Assembly (NCBI GenBank): GCA_964490245.1
Contig: CAZBAF010000004.1
Span: forward strand, 16,072-80,071
Length of the DNA: 64,000 nt
Direction of reading: 5' to 3'
Source of the DNA: an uncultured Candidatus Saccharibacteria bacterium
Lineage (GTDB): Bacteria > Patescibacteriota > Saccharimonadia > Saccharimonadales > JACDBH01
Shown here piece by piece: positions 27,180 to 37,626 of the stretch (its first letter is position 1; each line of letters starts with the position of its first letter). Under the pieces are notes generated by a model. The model made no database searches. It saw only the letters and a list, made by a program, of their open reading frames with translations, and was not told the DNA's origin. The translations under genes were made by a program, and so were the position numbers.

Positions 27180-27614
27180 TCAGGCGGCCGAATTGTCCTC
27201 GCGGGCGGCACTGTGGATCATAAAAGCCAGTATGGTTCGGCGGGCGCGGATAAGCTGCGAGAACTTTTCGTCAGACGAATAGCGCTGCCGTTCGGCAAGC
27301 AGTCTGGTCATAAGTTCGTCCTCGTAGATTGTGTCTTCTACCGCATCGTCGTAGACAGCGGTGTTATTGCGGGCAAGCCCGATCAGTTCTTTCTCATCGT
27401 CGTTAGTGGTGGCTGCGAATGGACGCTCGATGAGCGAGGCCAGAGACAGCGCCCCCAGTTCTCTTTGATGGCGGTCGGTGCCGTGTACCCACTCGGTACT
27501 AAAAAGCCCCAGCAACTGCTCGGCTGCTATCTCGGTATGTTCGGCCAATCGGGCAAGCCACTCTGCCCGCTTGTCGGGATCCGGTGTGTAGCTGCTGTGT
27601 GCACTGCCGCGCAT
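27180..27614 (-). CDS. Hypothetical protein
   Basis: 144-aa acidic ORF with no recognised family. Confidence 0.5.
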   Translation of the reverse strand: MRGSAHSSYTPDPDKRAEWLARLAEHTEIAAEQLLGLFSTEWVHGTDRHQRELGALSLASLIERPFAATTNDDEKELIGLARNNTAVYDDAVEDTIYEDELMTRLLAERQRYSSDEKFSQLIRARRTILAFMIHSAAREDNSAA

Positions 27615-27688
27615 AGTTCTAATCTAATACAAAACAATACTTATCAGCTGTGATAATTATCACCGTACCCCTGTGATGCAGATGTCTT

Positions 27689-27934
27689 TTACTGGTTGAC
27701 GATGTTGTGAGCCTGAAGCGCCGCGTCAATCTTGGGGCGGTCAAAGCCGATAATGATATCACCCTTGATATCTATGACCGGTATGCCCATCTGGCCGGAT
27801 TTTTGAATGGATTCCTCGGCGTGGGCACGGTCTGCCTCGATGTCTTTAACTTCATACTTTACGCCCAATTTGTCCAGATATTCCATGGCGGCGTGGCAGA
27901 ATGCGCACCAGGTGGCGCTGTATACGGTTATCAT
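27689..27934 (-). CDS. Glutaredoxin/NrdH-like redoxin
   Basis: 81 aa with a WCAFC active site (CxxC) and GIPVI. Confidence 0.8.
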   Translation of the reverse strand: MITVYSATWCAFCHAAMEYLDKLGVKYEVKDIEADRAHAEESIQKSGQMGIPVIDIKGDIIIGFDRPKIDAALQAHNIVNQ

Positions 27935-28140
27935 TTGTTTTGCTCCTTTTCTTTGACAGGCAGTTCAATGACGCTGAATTTCTGTAAGACAAAAATCGCG
28001 GAGCCCATCAGCCCGGCAACCAGCGCGGTGACCAGGATGGTAATAAGAATTATCTCCGGCAACGAGTGGGTAACGGCCTCGGCGACGGTTTGGTGATGTA
28101 CTCCGTTATGGGCGAATGTATCCATATCTTTATTATACAC
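27931..28140 (-). CDS. Small membrane protein (hypothetical)
   Basis: 69 aa with one TM helix. A 4-nt overlap joins it to the downstream redoxin gene. Confidence 0.45.
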   Translation of the reverse strand: MYNKDMDTFAHNGVHHQTVAEAVTHSLPEIILITILVTALVAGLMGSAIFVLQKFSVIELPVKEKEQNK

Positions 28141-28181
28141 CTGATTACTTTTTATATAAGCCTGCTTGCTATAATAACGGT

Positions 28182-28802
28182 ATGAACAAATACAAGACGG
28201 TTGCGTTGCTGGTTGGTATAGGGTTTTTGGGCGGAGTGCTGTGGCTGGCGGCCATGCGGTTCTTTCTTGTTGCCACTCCCGAGACGCACTATCATGCCAA
28301 TTTTGCCGTCTATATCAACGGGCAGCGTGAGGCGTTTGAAGAGTTTACTTACTATGAAGAAGTTGCCGCCTGCACCAGCGGCTATGCTGATAACCCTAAG
28401 GGGCGCGTACACATGCACGATCAGGTCAATGATGTTATCCATGTGCATGACAAGCGGGTGACGTATGGCAACTTTTTTCAGAATATCGGCTGGAATGTCG
28501 GGCCCGGCTATATTGCTACCCTGGACCGGGTCTATGTAGCTGACGAAGATAACACAGTGGTGTACATGCTTAACGGCGAGAAAGTTCGCGATATCAGCGG
28601 CCGTGTGATCGGCAATCTGGACCGGCTACTGGTGGCCTATGGCGATGCCTCTGATGAGGAGCTGCAGCGATGGTACGATGACGTGCCAGCCACCGCGGAA
28701 GAGGTCAACAAGTATCAGGATCCTGCCAGCTGCAGCGGCATAGGCGGTGCGGGTTATGACTCTTTGGGTAATCGCATCAAGCGCGCCACTTTTTGGCCGT
28801 GA
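28182..28802 (+). CDS. Membrane-anchored His-rich hypothetical protein
   Basis: The ORF runs from 28116, but MNKYKTVALLVGIGFLGG... at 28182 gives a signal-anchor. A TATAAT box at 28170-28175 lies 6 nt upstream, which suggests a leaderless mRNA. Confidence 0.6.
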   Translation: MNKYKTVALLVGIGFLGGVLWLAAMRFFLVATPETHYHANFAVYINGQREAFEEFTYYEEVAACTSGYADNPKGRVHMHDQVNDVIHVHDKRVTYGNFFQNIGWNVGPGYIATLDRVYVADEDNTVVYMLNGEKVRDISGRVIGNLDRLLVAYGDASDEELQRWYDDVPATAEEVNKYQDPASCSGIGGAGYDSLGNRIKRATFWP

Positions 28803-28806
28803 GCCT

Positions 28807-29290
28807 GAGTTATTGGTAGATAGTAGTTAGTAGTTGGTATATGGAATAGGCGACAAAGCCGCCATTAAAAAACGCCCGCTTTAGCGGGCTTCTGCTGTGT
28901 ATGGCAATGCCCACCTGCCCTGATTCGGCTGTTCGTCAAAAATACAATAGAGAGCGAGGACTCAGTCCAAAACTTCTACCTAAAATCAGTATGAAGTTTT
29001 GGACCGACTGGAAGGAGTCGTCCGAGCGTATTGTATTTTTGAACAACAAGCCGAGTCACGGCAGGCGGGCCGGCCGAGTTCTTTTGCATTCTTTTCTGTC
29101 GACACAGAAAAGAATGTCGGATAAAAGTCCGACAGGACTTAGCCGAAATGTCTTGTTGGCGCAAGAAAGAAAGGGTCGGTTCTTGGCTACAAGAACAAAA
29201 AGGCCCTTGAAAGGGCTGGTCGAAACTATTTAAATAAAAAGATGGTATAAAACCTGCATAACTAAGCCAAAACAAGACTTAAAATAAAAA
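28807..29290 (+). ncRNA. Unclassified multi-copy structured element, copy E (subtype 2, short heptamer leader, duplicated 3' module)
   Basis: Aligns with D and F. Two consecutive copies of the hairpin + CGAAA + AT-rich module sit at 29120-29155 and 29199-29255. Confidence 0.55.
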
Positions 29291-29395
29291 AGAATAATAA
29301 CTACACTACAAGAACTAGAAAATTACGAAAGAACACAAAACCCTGCAAAGATTTTGCAAAAACGGCCCAATATTTTTATCAAAAGCCACCAAGTC

Positions 29396-29425
29396 TTGTA
29401 GACTTCTCACCCTATCTGTTATAGT
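29396..29425 (+). promoter_or_regulatory. Candidate atp operon promoter (TTGTAG-N18-TATAGT)
   Basis: The hexamers lie 11 nt upstream of the atpZ ATG at 29437, so the leader would be very short. Confidence 0.45.
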
Positions 29426-29436
29426 AACGCAAAGGT

Positions 29437-29781
29437 ATGGGCAAAATTTTTAAGCGCGCCAAGCGGACAAAGGCTGCCAATGATCCGATTATGGATCATT
29501 TAGCCGTGGTCAACGCCCGTACACTGCTGATCAGCAACCTTATTGGCATGGGCTGGCGGTTGGCGCTGGTGGTGCTGGTACCGATTTTTGCCGGCGTACA
29601 GCTGGATAAGCGGTTTGATTCTGCTCCATCCCTGACATTGGCAGCTTTTTTTATTGCTATTTTTGCGGCGAGTATGCTGATATATAAGACGTATGTTGAG
29701 ATGAGCGCCCAGGCCGCTTCAGAAGAAGCCAAGAAAGCCAAGCGCCGGGCGAATAAAGTAAAGAGGGAGACAGATGTTTAA
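29437..29781 (+). CDS. AtpZ/AtpI-like ATP synthase accessory membrane protein
   Basis: 114 aa with two TM helices. It is the first gene of the atp operon and overlaps atpB. Confidence 0.6.
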   Translation: MGKIFKRAKRTKAANDPIMDHLAVVNARTLLISNLIGMGWRLALVVLVPIFAGVQLDKRFDSAPSLTLAAFFIAIFAASMLIYKTYVEMSAQAASEEAKKAKRRANKVKRETDV

Positions 29782-30616
29782 TAGGCTTGCTATTTTTGCG
29801 GCGACAGAAGCGGATGGTCCGGCCATTCATATGACACCGGGCGAGTTATTCACGATAGGCGGTTTTAGCGTCACTAACTCCATGCTCTATGGTGTGACCA
29901 GTTCGCTGCTGATTATTATGCTGTTGACTGCCGCCGCCCGCCGTATGTCGGTCAGGCCCAAGCGCGGTTTTGTGCAGTTTATAGAAATCGGGACCGAGTT
30001 TATTATCGGCACTATCCAGAACTCTATGGGATCGCGTAAGAAGGCGATCAAGTACGCACCGTTCTTTGTGACTGCGTTCTTCTTTGTCATGTTCAGCAAC
30101 TGGCTGGGTCTGATACCGGGCGTCGGCGAGACGCTGACGTACAATGGGCAGCCGGTGTTTCGTCCCTTTACGGCCGACCTGAACGGCACCCTGGCGGCAT
30201 CGACAGTTATGATGGTGCTGGTTCAGTATTTTGCCATCAAAGAATCAGGCTTCAAGCGTCATATCCGGCACTATTTTGCCGGCAGTCTATGGAACCCGGG
30301 TACTTATTTACTGGGGATCTTTGAGCTCTTTTCAGAGCTTACCCGTATCGGCAGTCTGGCGCTGAGGCTGTTTTTGAACGTGGCAATTGGAGAGGTGATC
30401 ATCGCGATCTTTACCTATCTGGGCAGCTATGCCGCGCCGATAACCGCCATGCCTTTTATTATTCTGGAGCTGTTCATCGGGGCCCTGCAGGCCTATATCT
30501 TTACGATGCTGACCATTATGTATCTGTCTGCGGCTATCAAGCATAACCACGAGGCCGAGGATTTGCAGCGTCACGAGCTAGCCAAGCTGCAGGCCAGGAA
30601 TGTTGCCAATGCGTAG
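29774..30616 (+). CDS. atpB: F0F1 ATP synthase subunit a
   Basis: 280 aa, multi-TM, with the conserved LALRLF.N....E region. Confidence 0.9.
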   Translation: MFNRLAIFAATEADGPAIHMTPGELFTIGGFSVTNSMLYGVTSSLLIIMLLTAAARRMSVRPKRGFVQFIEIGTEFIIGTIQNSMGSRKKAIKYAPFFVTAFFFVMFSNWLGLIPGVGETLTYNGQPVFRPFTADLNGTLAASTVMMVLVQYFAIKESGFKRHIRHYFAGSLWNPGTYLLGIFELFSELTRIGSLALRLFLNVAIGEVIIAIFTYLGSYAAPITAMPFIILELFIGALQAYIFTMLTIMYLSAAIKHNHEAEDLQRHELAKLQARNVANA

Positions 30617-30751
30617 GTCAGGTAAAGATGAAATAAAATAACGGTTGTTCTGATGGCACGCGTCTGGCTGGTTTGACGAACGGACGTGAAAGTACCCGGG
30701 CGTGTGTTATCAGCACTACCACTAACAAGATAAGGTTAAGGAGATATAAAT

Positions 30752-30958
30752 ATGGATACAGAAGTACTCGCAAAAGGTATTATGATGAGCTTTGGTATGC
30801 TGGGCCCGGCTATAGGTATCGGTATGATCGGTGCGTCGTTTATGAACGCTGTCGGCCGCAATCCGGAAGCCGCCAAATACTTTGGTCAGATTTTTGTGGT
30901 CATTGCAATTGTTGAGCTTATGGCTCTGCTGGTATTTGCTTCATTATTCATTATTTAA
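30752..30958 (+). CDS. atpE: F0F1 ATP synthase subunit c
   Basis: 68-aa hairpin proteolipid with GIGMIG...RNPE...VIAIVELMAL. Confidence 0.9.
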   Translation: MDTEVLAKGIMMSFGMLGPAIGIGMIGASFMNAVGRNPEAAKYFGQIFVVIAIVELMALLVFASLFII

Positions 30959-31094
30959 GTTCGGGGAGTTACATGATTAGTCTTATAAATAAAAAGCGGT
31001 TTGTGGTTGGCAGTGAATGTCTGTCCGTCTCAGGTTGGCGGCCTGCTGATTACTGCTTACAGCTGTTGGCAGCCGTCCGACGGGGGGTTGCATA

Positions 31095-31622
31095 ATGCTA
31101 CCAACGTATTTTGCAGCAACAGAAACCGAGAGCGGCATCTTGGGGTTTAGCGTTGAATCTTTTATCATCCAGATTGTCACTTTTATCCTGGTGTTCATTC
31201 TGTTGAAAAAGTTTGCTTTTGACCGCATTGTTGCCCTGCTGGATCAGCGCCACAAGGTTATTAACGAAGGGGTGCGCCACGGGCTGGATATGCAGAAAGA
31301 GCGCGAGAAGGCCGAGTCTGAAACGGCCAAGATTCTGCGGCGTGCACGCGCCGAAGCAGACAGCATCATCGGTGATGCTCAAAAGGAAGGCCGCGAAATC
31401 GTGCGCGATGCCGAAAAAGCTGCGCACAAGAAGTCAGAAATCATGCTGGCTGACGCCGAAGCCCGCATCAATGAAGAGGTCGAACAGGCCCGCCGCAAAC
31501 TCGAAAAGGAAATTACTGGTCTTGTCTCTGAGGCCACCGAAGCCGTGGTAGAAGAAAAAATCGATGCCGGCAAAGATGCCGAAATCATTGATCGCGCCAT
31601 TAAAAAGCGCCGTAAGAAGTAA
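31095..31622 (+). CDS. atpF: F0F1 ATP synthase subunit b
   Basis: 175 aa with an N-terminal TM helix and a long charged coiled coil. Confidence 0.85.
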   Translation: MLPTYFAATETESGILGFSVESFIIQIVTFILVFILLKKFAFDRIVALLDQRHKVINEGVRHGLDMQKEREKAESETAKILRRARAEADSIIGDAQKEGREIVRDAEKAAHKKSEIMLADAEARINEEVEQARRKLEKEITGLVSEATEAVVEEKIDAGKDAEIIDRAIKKRRKK

Positions 31623-31636
31623 GGACTGCCCTGCTC

Positions 31637-32041
31637 ATGCAACACGTCACCCGCAAGCAACTGGCACAGATCATCGGTGAAAAGACGATGCACATTGTTG
31701 ATCGCCGGCAGCTGGTTACCGCAGTCGCAGCGTTTTTGTCAGACGGGCATGAGTCAATCGATATAGACTCTTTGGTGCGTGACGTGATGCAGTATCGGCT
31801 CGAGCACGGCCTGGTTGAGGCGACTGCCGTCAGCGCGCATGAACTGACACCGGCAGTTATAAAAGACGTCGAGGATGTGCTCAAAGAGCGCTTTCCAGAC
31901 GCGCAGCAAATCATCATAAACCAGCGGGTTGAGCCGGAGGTGGTCGGCGGTGTGCGCATAGAGCTTCCGCGCGAAACGCTGGATTTATCAGTAAGAACAA
32001 AATTGAACACCTTAAAGCGGCTTGTTGCAGAGGAGAAATAA
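31637..32041 (+). CDS. atpH: F0F1 ATP synthase subunit delta (short form)
   Basis: 134 aa. The position in the operon and the OSCP-like C-terminus VVGGVRIE....LDLSV..KL fit subunit delta. Confidence 0.75.
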   Translation: MQHVTRKQLAQIIGEKTMHIVDRRQLVTAVAAFLSDGHESIDIDSLVRDVMQYRLEHGLVEATAVSAHELTPAVIKDVEDVLKERFPDAQQIIINQRVEPEVVGGVRIELPRETLDLSVRTKLNTLKRLVAEEK

Positions 32042-32046
32042 ATTAT

Positions 32047-32136
32047 GAAATATGAAATAAGAAATAAGAAAAATGGGAAAGACATTGGGCTACTGACTGC
32101 AGCTACCCATATTTCCTATTCCCTATTGCATATTTC
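32047..32136. repeat. Heptamer-based imperfect inverted repeat (empty IVS-like hairpin) between atpH and atpA
   Basis: The arms GAAATATGAAATAAGAAATAAGAAAAATGGG and CCCATATTTCCTATTCCCTATTGCATATTTC are complementary at 26 of 31 positions, with a 28-nt loop. Confidence 0.7.
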
Positions 32137-32157
32137 TGCGACTGAAAGGAGCAACTG

Positions 32158-33714
32158 ATGGCGATAAAGGATGATATTTCGATTGCGGACTTGTCAGCGG
32201 ATATCCGGGCTGCGATTGCCGAGCTGAAAAAGCGTCCCGAAATAGAAGAAACAGGCATCGTTACCCGTGTCGGTGACGGCGTGGTCTGGATTTATGGGCT
32301 GACAAGTGTTGGCTATAACGAAATGGTCGAAGTCGAAGCCGCCGACGGCGGTACTATGACAGCTTTTGCCTTTAACCTGGGCAGCGAAGAGATCGGTGCG
32401 GTGCTGCTGGGTGAGGATACGCATGTCAAAGCCGGCGCTAAAGCACATCGTACCGGCAAAGTTGTCGAGGTGCCTGTTGGGCCGGAGCTGATCGGCCGCG
32501 TGGTTGACCCTATGGGCCGTCCGCTGGACGGTAAAGGCGCCATCAAAGCCAAGCAGACCAGCCCGACCGAAAAAATTGCCCCAGGCGTACTGGCGCGCAA
32601 ATCTGTCCACGAACCAATGATGACTGGTATTATCGCAATCGATGCAATGGTGCCGATTGGCCGCGGTCAGCGCGAGCTGATTATCGGCGACCGCCAGACT
32701 GGTAAGACTGCCGTGGCGCTTGACACCATGATCAACCAGCACCGCCAAAACACCGGGGTCATTAACATCTATGTCGCCATTGGTCAGAAGATGAGTAAAA
32801 TCGCCCGCCTGGTGGAGCGCCTGAAGCGCGAGGGTGTCATGGAGCAGACGATTGTGGTGGCAACCAGTGCTGCCGACCCTGCACCGCTGCAGTATCTGGC
32901 CCCGTACGCCGGTGCTGCGATGGGCGAATATTTCCGCGACAACGCCCAGCATGCTCTGATTATTTTTGACGACCTGACCAAGCACGCAGCTGCGTACCGC
33001 CAGATGTCGCTGCTATTACGCCGCCCGCCAGGACGCGAAGCGTACCCCGGTGACGTGTTCTACCTGCACAGCCGCCTGCTTGAGCGTGCCGCCAAGCTCA
33101 GTGACGAGCTGGGGGCTGGATCGCTCACTGCCCTGCCGATTATCGAGACGCAGGCCGGTGACATCAGCGCCTATATCCCGACCAACGTGATTTCTATCAC
33201 GGACGGTCAGATTTTCATGGAAACCAACCTGTTCTATCAGGGTATCCGCCCGGCTGTATCGGTCGGTTTGTCGGTGAGCCGTGTAGGCGGTAACGCCCAG
33301 ACTAAAGCTGTTAAGTCCGTTGCCAAGTCTTTGCGCGTTGATCTGGCACAGTTCCGCGAACTGGCCAGCTTTAGCCAATTCTCGACCGATCTTGACGCTG
33401 ACACCAAGCAGCGCATTGAACGCGGACAGCGTCTGACCGAACTGCTCAAGCAACCGCAATATACCCCGTACAGCACCTGGCAGATGTACGTCATGCTGCT
33501 GGCAGCAACTGAGGGGGCATTTGACGAGGTCGAGGTGCCAAAGATTAAAAAGGCCGAGGCCGCTCTGCTGCGTGAATTCAAGGCTAAACACGGTAAGCTG
33601 CTGGAGAAAATCGACAGCGGTGCCGAAGCCGAGGATAAAGAGAAAGAAGAAATCCTCAAGCTTGCCCAACATGTTGCCGAAAGCTATAAGCCAGTCGAGA
33701 AAGAAGCAAAATAA
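32158..33714 (+). CDS. atpA: F0F1 ATP synthase subunit alpha
   Basis: 518 aa with the Walker A motif GDRQTGKT and the full alpha signature. Confidence 0.95.
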   Translation: MAIKDDISIADLSADIRAAIAELKKRPEIEETGIVTRVGDGVVWIYGLTSVGYNEMVEVEAADGGTMTAFAFNLGSEEIGAVLLGEDTHVKAGAKAHRTGKVVEVPVGPELIGRVVDPMGRPLDGKGAIKAKQTSPTEKIAPGVLARKSVHEPMMTGIIAIDAMVPIGRGQRELIIGDRQTGKTAVALDTMINQHRQNTGVINIYVAIGQKMSKIARLVERLKREGVMEQTIVVATSAADPAPLQYLAPYAGAAMGEYFRDNAQHALIIFDDLTKHAAAYRQMSLLLRRPPGREAYPGDVFYLHSRLLERAAKLSDELGAGSLTALPIIETQAGDISAYIPTNVISITDGQIFMETNLFYQGIRPAVSVGLSVSRVGGNAQTKAVKSVAKSLRVDLAQFRELASFSQFSTDLDADTKQRIERGQRLTELLKQPQYTPYSTWQMYVMLLAATEGAFDEVEVPKIKKAEAALLREFKAKHGKLLEKIDSGAEAEDKEKEEILKLAQHVAESYKPVEKEAK

Positions 33715-33717
33715 GAC

Positions 33718-33794
33718 ATGAAATATGAAATAGGAAAAATGAAAAACGGGATCGCGATAAAAGCCCATATTCCATATTTCATATTTCATATTCC
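33718..33794. repeat. Heptamer-based imperfect inverted repeat (empty IVS-like hairpin) between atpA and atpG
   Basis: The arms ATGAAATATGAAATAGGAAAAATGAAAAACGGG and CCCATATTCCATATTTCATATTTCATATTCC are complementary at about 24 of 31 positions. Confidence 0.65.
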
Positions 33795-33811
33795 TGCAAG
33801 CGGGGCTTGTC

Positions 33812-34681
33812 ATGGCTAGTACGCAGCAATTAAAGCGCCGGATTGGCAGCGTTAAGAACACCAAGCAGATTACTAAGGCTATGGAGCTTGTTGCTGCCAG
33901 TAAAATGCGTAAGGCTACAGAGGCTGCGCACCGCGGCCGTGCCTACCGCCAGGCAGCGCACAGCATGTTGGCACGCCTGAGTGCGGTGACCGAAATCAGC
34001 GAACATCCGCTGTATCAAACGCGCGAAATCAAAAACCGCCTGTACGTGGTGATCACCTCTGATCGCGGTCTGGCCGGTGCCTATAATGCCAATATCATTA
34101 AGCTGCTGACACGTGCTGTTTCGGATGATCGCCGTGCCAATATCAAAAGCCAGGTGATTATTATCGGCAAGCGCGGTGCGCAGTTCCTCCGCCGGGTCGA
34201 GCATATCAACATTGTCGGTGTCTACAGCGACTTTGGCGATCACCCGACCGCCAATGATATCCGTCCCATTCTGGATACAATTGTCGAGCAATATCGCACA
34301 AAGCAGACCGATGAAGTCCGCCTGCTCTACACCGAGCATAAGTCCAACATCACGCAGATTGCCCAAAGCCTGGCTGTGCTGCCCGCAAAGTTTGACGAAG
34401 AAGTAGCCGAGGAGCAGCCGCTGTCTGACGTTACCTTTGAGCCCTCTGTGTCAGAGGTGCTGGAAAACGTGACCGAGCGTTTGCTGGAGGTGCAGATCTG
34501 GCAGGCTTTGCTTGAGTCCATCGCCAGCGAGCAATCCATGCGCATGCTGAGTATGAAAAACGCCACCGACAACGCCAGCGAGATTATCGATGATCTGACG
34601 CTCGAGTTTAACACAGCCAGACAGGCCAAGATTACTCAGGAGCTGGCAGAAATAACCGGCGGCGCGGAGGCGATGAAATGA
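33812..34681 (+). CDS. atpG: F0F1 ATP synthase subunit gamma
   Basis: 289 aa with I.SV.NT.QITKAM.LVAA.K..KA and the C-terminal ITQEL.EI..GA.A. Confidence 0.9.
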   Translation: MASTQQLKRRIGSVKNTKQITKAMELVAASKMRKATEAAHRGRAYRQAAHSMLARLSAVTEISEHPLYQTREIKNRLYVVITSDRGLAGAYNANIIKLLTRAVSDDRRANIKSQVIIIGKRGAQFLRRVEHINIVGVYSDFGDHPTANDIRPILDTIVEQYRTKQTDEVRLLYTEHKSNITQIAQSLAVLPAKFDEEVAEEQPLSDVTFEPSVSEVLENVTERLLEVQIWQALLESIASEQSMRMLSMKNATDNASEIIDDLTLEFNTARQAKITQELAEITGGAEAMK

Positions 34682-34877
34682 GATCTTTTGATCAGCCGCC
34701 GTTGTTTGATGGGTTTGAGCCGGCTGTGTCTGATTTGACAGCGAGCACATCCACCCCCCAAGAGCTTCTGGAGGTTTATGACGCACTGCTTGCAGCAGGC
34801 GATCATAAAGGATTGGACAGGCTCATAGAGCAGTATCCGCTTGAACTTGATGAGGTTTTTTATGAGGAAGTGCGCAG

Positions 34878-34881
<4 letters not shown>
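34678..34881 (+). CDS. Small hypothetical protein embedded in the atp operon (paralog 1)
   Basis: 67 aa. Its start overlaps the atpG stop (ATGA). It shares the motif AAGDHKGLDRLIEQYP with the next ORF. Confidence 0.5.
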
Positions 34882-36489
<1,608 letters not shown>

Positions 36490-36522
36490 CTCCTAAGACT
36501 GGAGTGAGGAGTGCGGAGAGCT

Positions 36523-36972
36523 GAAATATGAAAAATGAAATAAGGAATATGGGGGATGGGGCCAAAGCCCTCAAGTCGTTCCAGCAGCTGGATGCATGGC
36601 AGGCCAGTCGTAAACTTTTCTTTATTGTTTTTCATATTACAAAAAAATTTCCCAGCGAAGAGCTGTTCGTTTCAGTGTCGCAAATGCGTCGAGCGGCACT
36701 GTCAGTGGCCTCAAACATTGCCGAAGGATTTGGCAGATCTTCCGCCGCTGATAAATTGCATTTTTATGTTATGGCAAGGGGCTCTCTGACAGAACTGCAG
36801 AACCAGATCATATTAACCAAAGACGTCGATCTCATTCGCGAGGCGGATGCGACAGTCGTCCAGTCGCAAGCTGAACTTGCCCATAAGCTTGTTGTTGGAC
36901 TTATTAAAGCTACGGAGAAGAGAAAATAATGCAGCTAATCCCCTATTTCATATTTCATATTTCATACTCCCC
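36523..36972 (+). mobile_element. IVS-like cassette: heptamer inverted repeats enclosing a four-helix-bundle ORF
   Basis: The left arm GAAATATGAAAAATGAAATAAGGAATATGGGGG pairs with the right arm CCCCTATTTCATATTTCATATTTCATACTCCCC over about 28 bp with one bulge. The architecture matches 23S rRNA intervening sequences that carry this ORF family. Confidence 0.45.
36528..36929 (+). CDS. Four-helix-bundle protein (TIGR02436 / 23S rRNA-intervening-sequence protein family, Avd-like)
   Basis: 133 aa (or 126 aa from Met8 at 36549) with F..L.AWQ......FP..E......Q.RRAA.SV.SNIAEG.GR......F...ARGSL.EL. Confidence 0.8.
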   Translation: MKNEIRNMGDGAKALKSFQQLDAWQASRKLFFIVFHITKKFPSEELFVSVSQMRRAALSVASNIAEGFGRSSAADKLHFYVMARGSLTELQNQIILTKDVDLIREADATVVQSQAELAHKLVVGLIKATEKRK

Positions 36973-36993
36973 TGCTTTTGAGAGGCTAAACTC

Positions 36994-37419
36994 ATGATAT
37001 CCTTCCAGCTAGTCGCCCTCGACGGCGTTAAATTTGACGAAGAGGTCTATGAGATTATCCTGCCGACCATGTCAGGTGATATTGGCGTTTTGCCGGGCCA
37101 CATGCCGCTTATCAGCGTGGCTAAGGCCGGGGCAATTTCTGTACGCCGCGACAAATCGCATCCGGACGATATGATGGAGCACTTTGCGATTTCAGGCGGC
37201 GCGATTGAAGTTTCCAACAACTCCCTGCGCGTGCTGGTGGATGAAGCCGATGCTTCGGCAGACATTTCTGAAGAAGAAGCAAGAGAGGCGTACGAGCGTG
37301 CCCAGAAACTCAAGGCAGAAGCTAAAGACCAGGTCAGTCTGGAACAGGCTCAGAGTCTGATAGACCGCTCGGCAGTGCGCCTGCAGGTCGCCGGCCTGAA
37401 GCGCCGACAGAGGCGGTAA
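36994..37419 (+). CDS. atpC: F0F1 ATP synthase subunit epsilon
   Basis: 141 aa with a beta-sandwich N-terminus (GDIGVLPGHMPLI) and a helical C-terminus. Confidence 0.9.
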   Translation: MISFQLVALDGVKFDEEVYEIILPTMSGDIGVLPGHMPLISVAKAGAISVRRDKSHPDDMMEHFAISGGAIEVSNNSLRVLVDEADASADISEEEAREAYERAQKLKAEAKDQVSLEQAQSLIDRSAVRLQVAGLKRRQRR

Positions 37420-37626
37420 CTTATTTAGCCCGCCGTCTGACAGTGCCAGTTGCCTGCCAAAATAACTTACGTTTACGATTCGGCCGCCGGGAGTCGATAG
37501 CTGCAGTACGCTTGCGGATCAGATCCGGTGTAGTTGTAGAATATACAATGTGACTTTTCTCACAGACATTGCAGGAGTATTCTGTAGGGCGAAAGTTTTT
37601 TGCAAGCAACCTAAATAAGGAAGTTT

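Noticed and set aside
28640-28680. A CTGATGAG string inside the gene 28182..28802 could be a second hammerhead core.
   Set aside because: No GAAA element or flanking helices complete a hammerhead. It is ordinary coding sequence (SDEELQ).
32194-33864. Long antisense ORFs lie inside highly conserved genes: 32194..32985 and 33016..33864 opposite atpA/atpG, 47181..47945 opposite queA, 51154..51924 opposite the FAD oxidase, 54127..54942 opposite cyoA, and 18275..18898 opposite pyrH.
   Set aside because: These are shadow ORFs of high-GC coding regions. The sense-strand genes have unambiguous family signatures.
37421-37609. A 62-aa TTG-initiated basic ORF on the minus strand (CNVCEKSH...RKRKLFWQATGTVRRRAK) could be a small ribosomal or zinc-ribbon protein.
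   Set aside because: I could not match it to L28, L32, L33 or S14 signatures. It is wedged convergently between the atpC stop and the antiporter start, with no room for a promoter.
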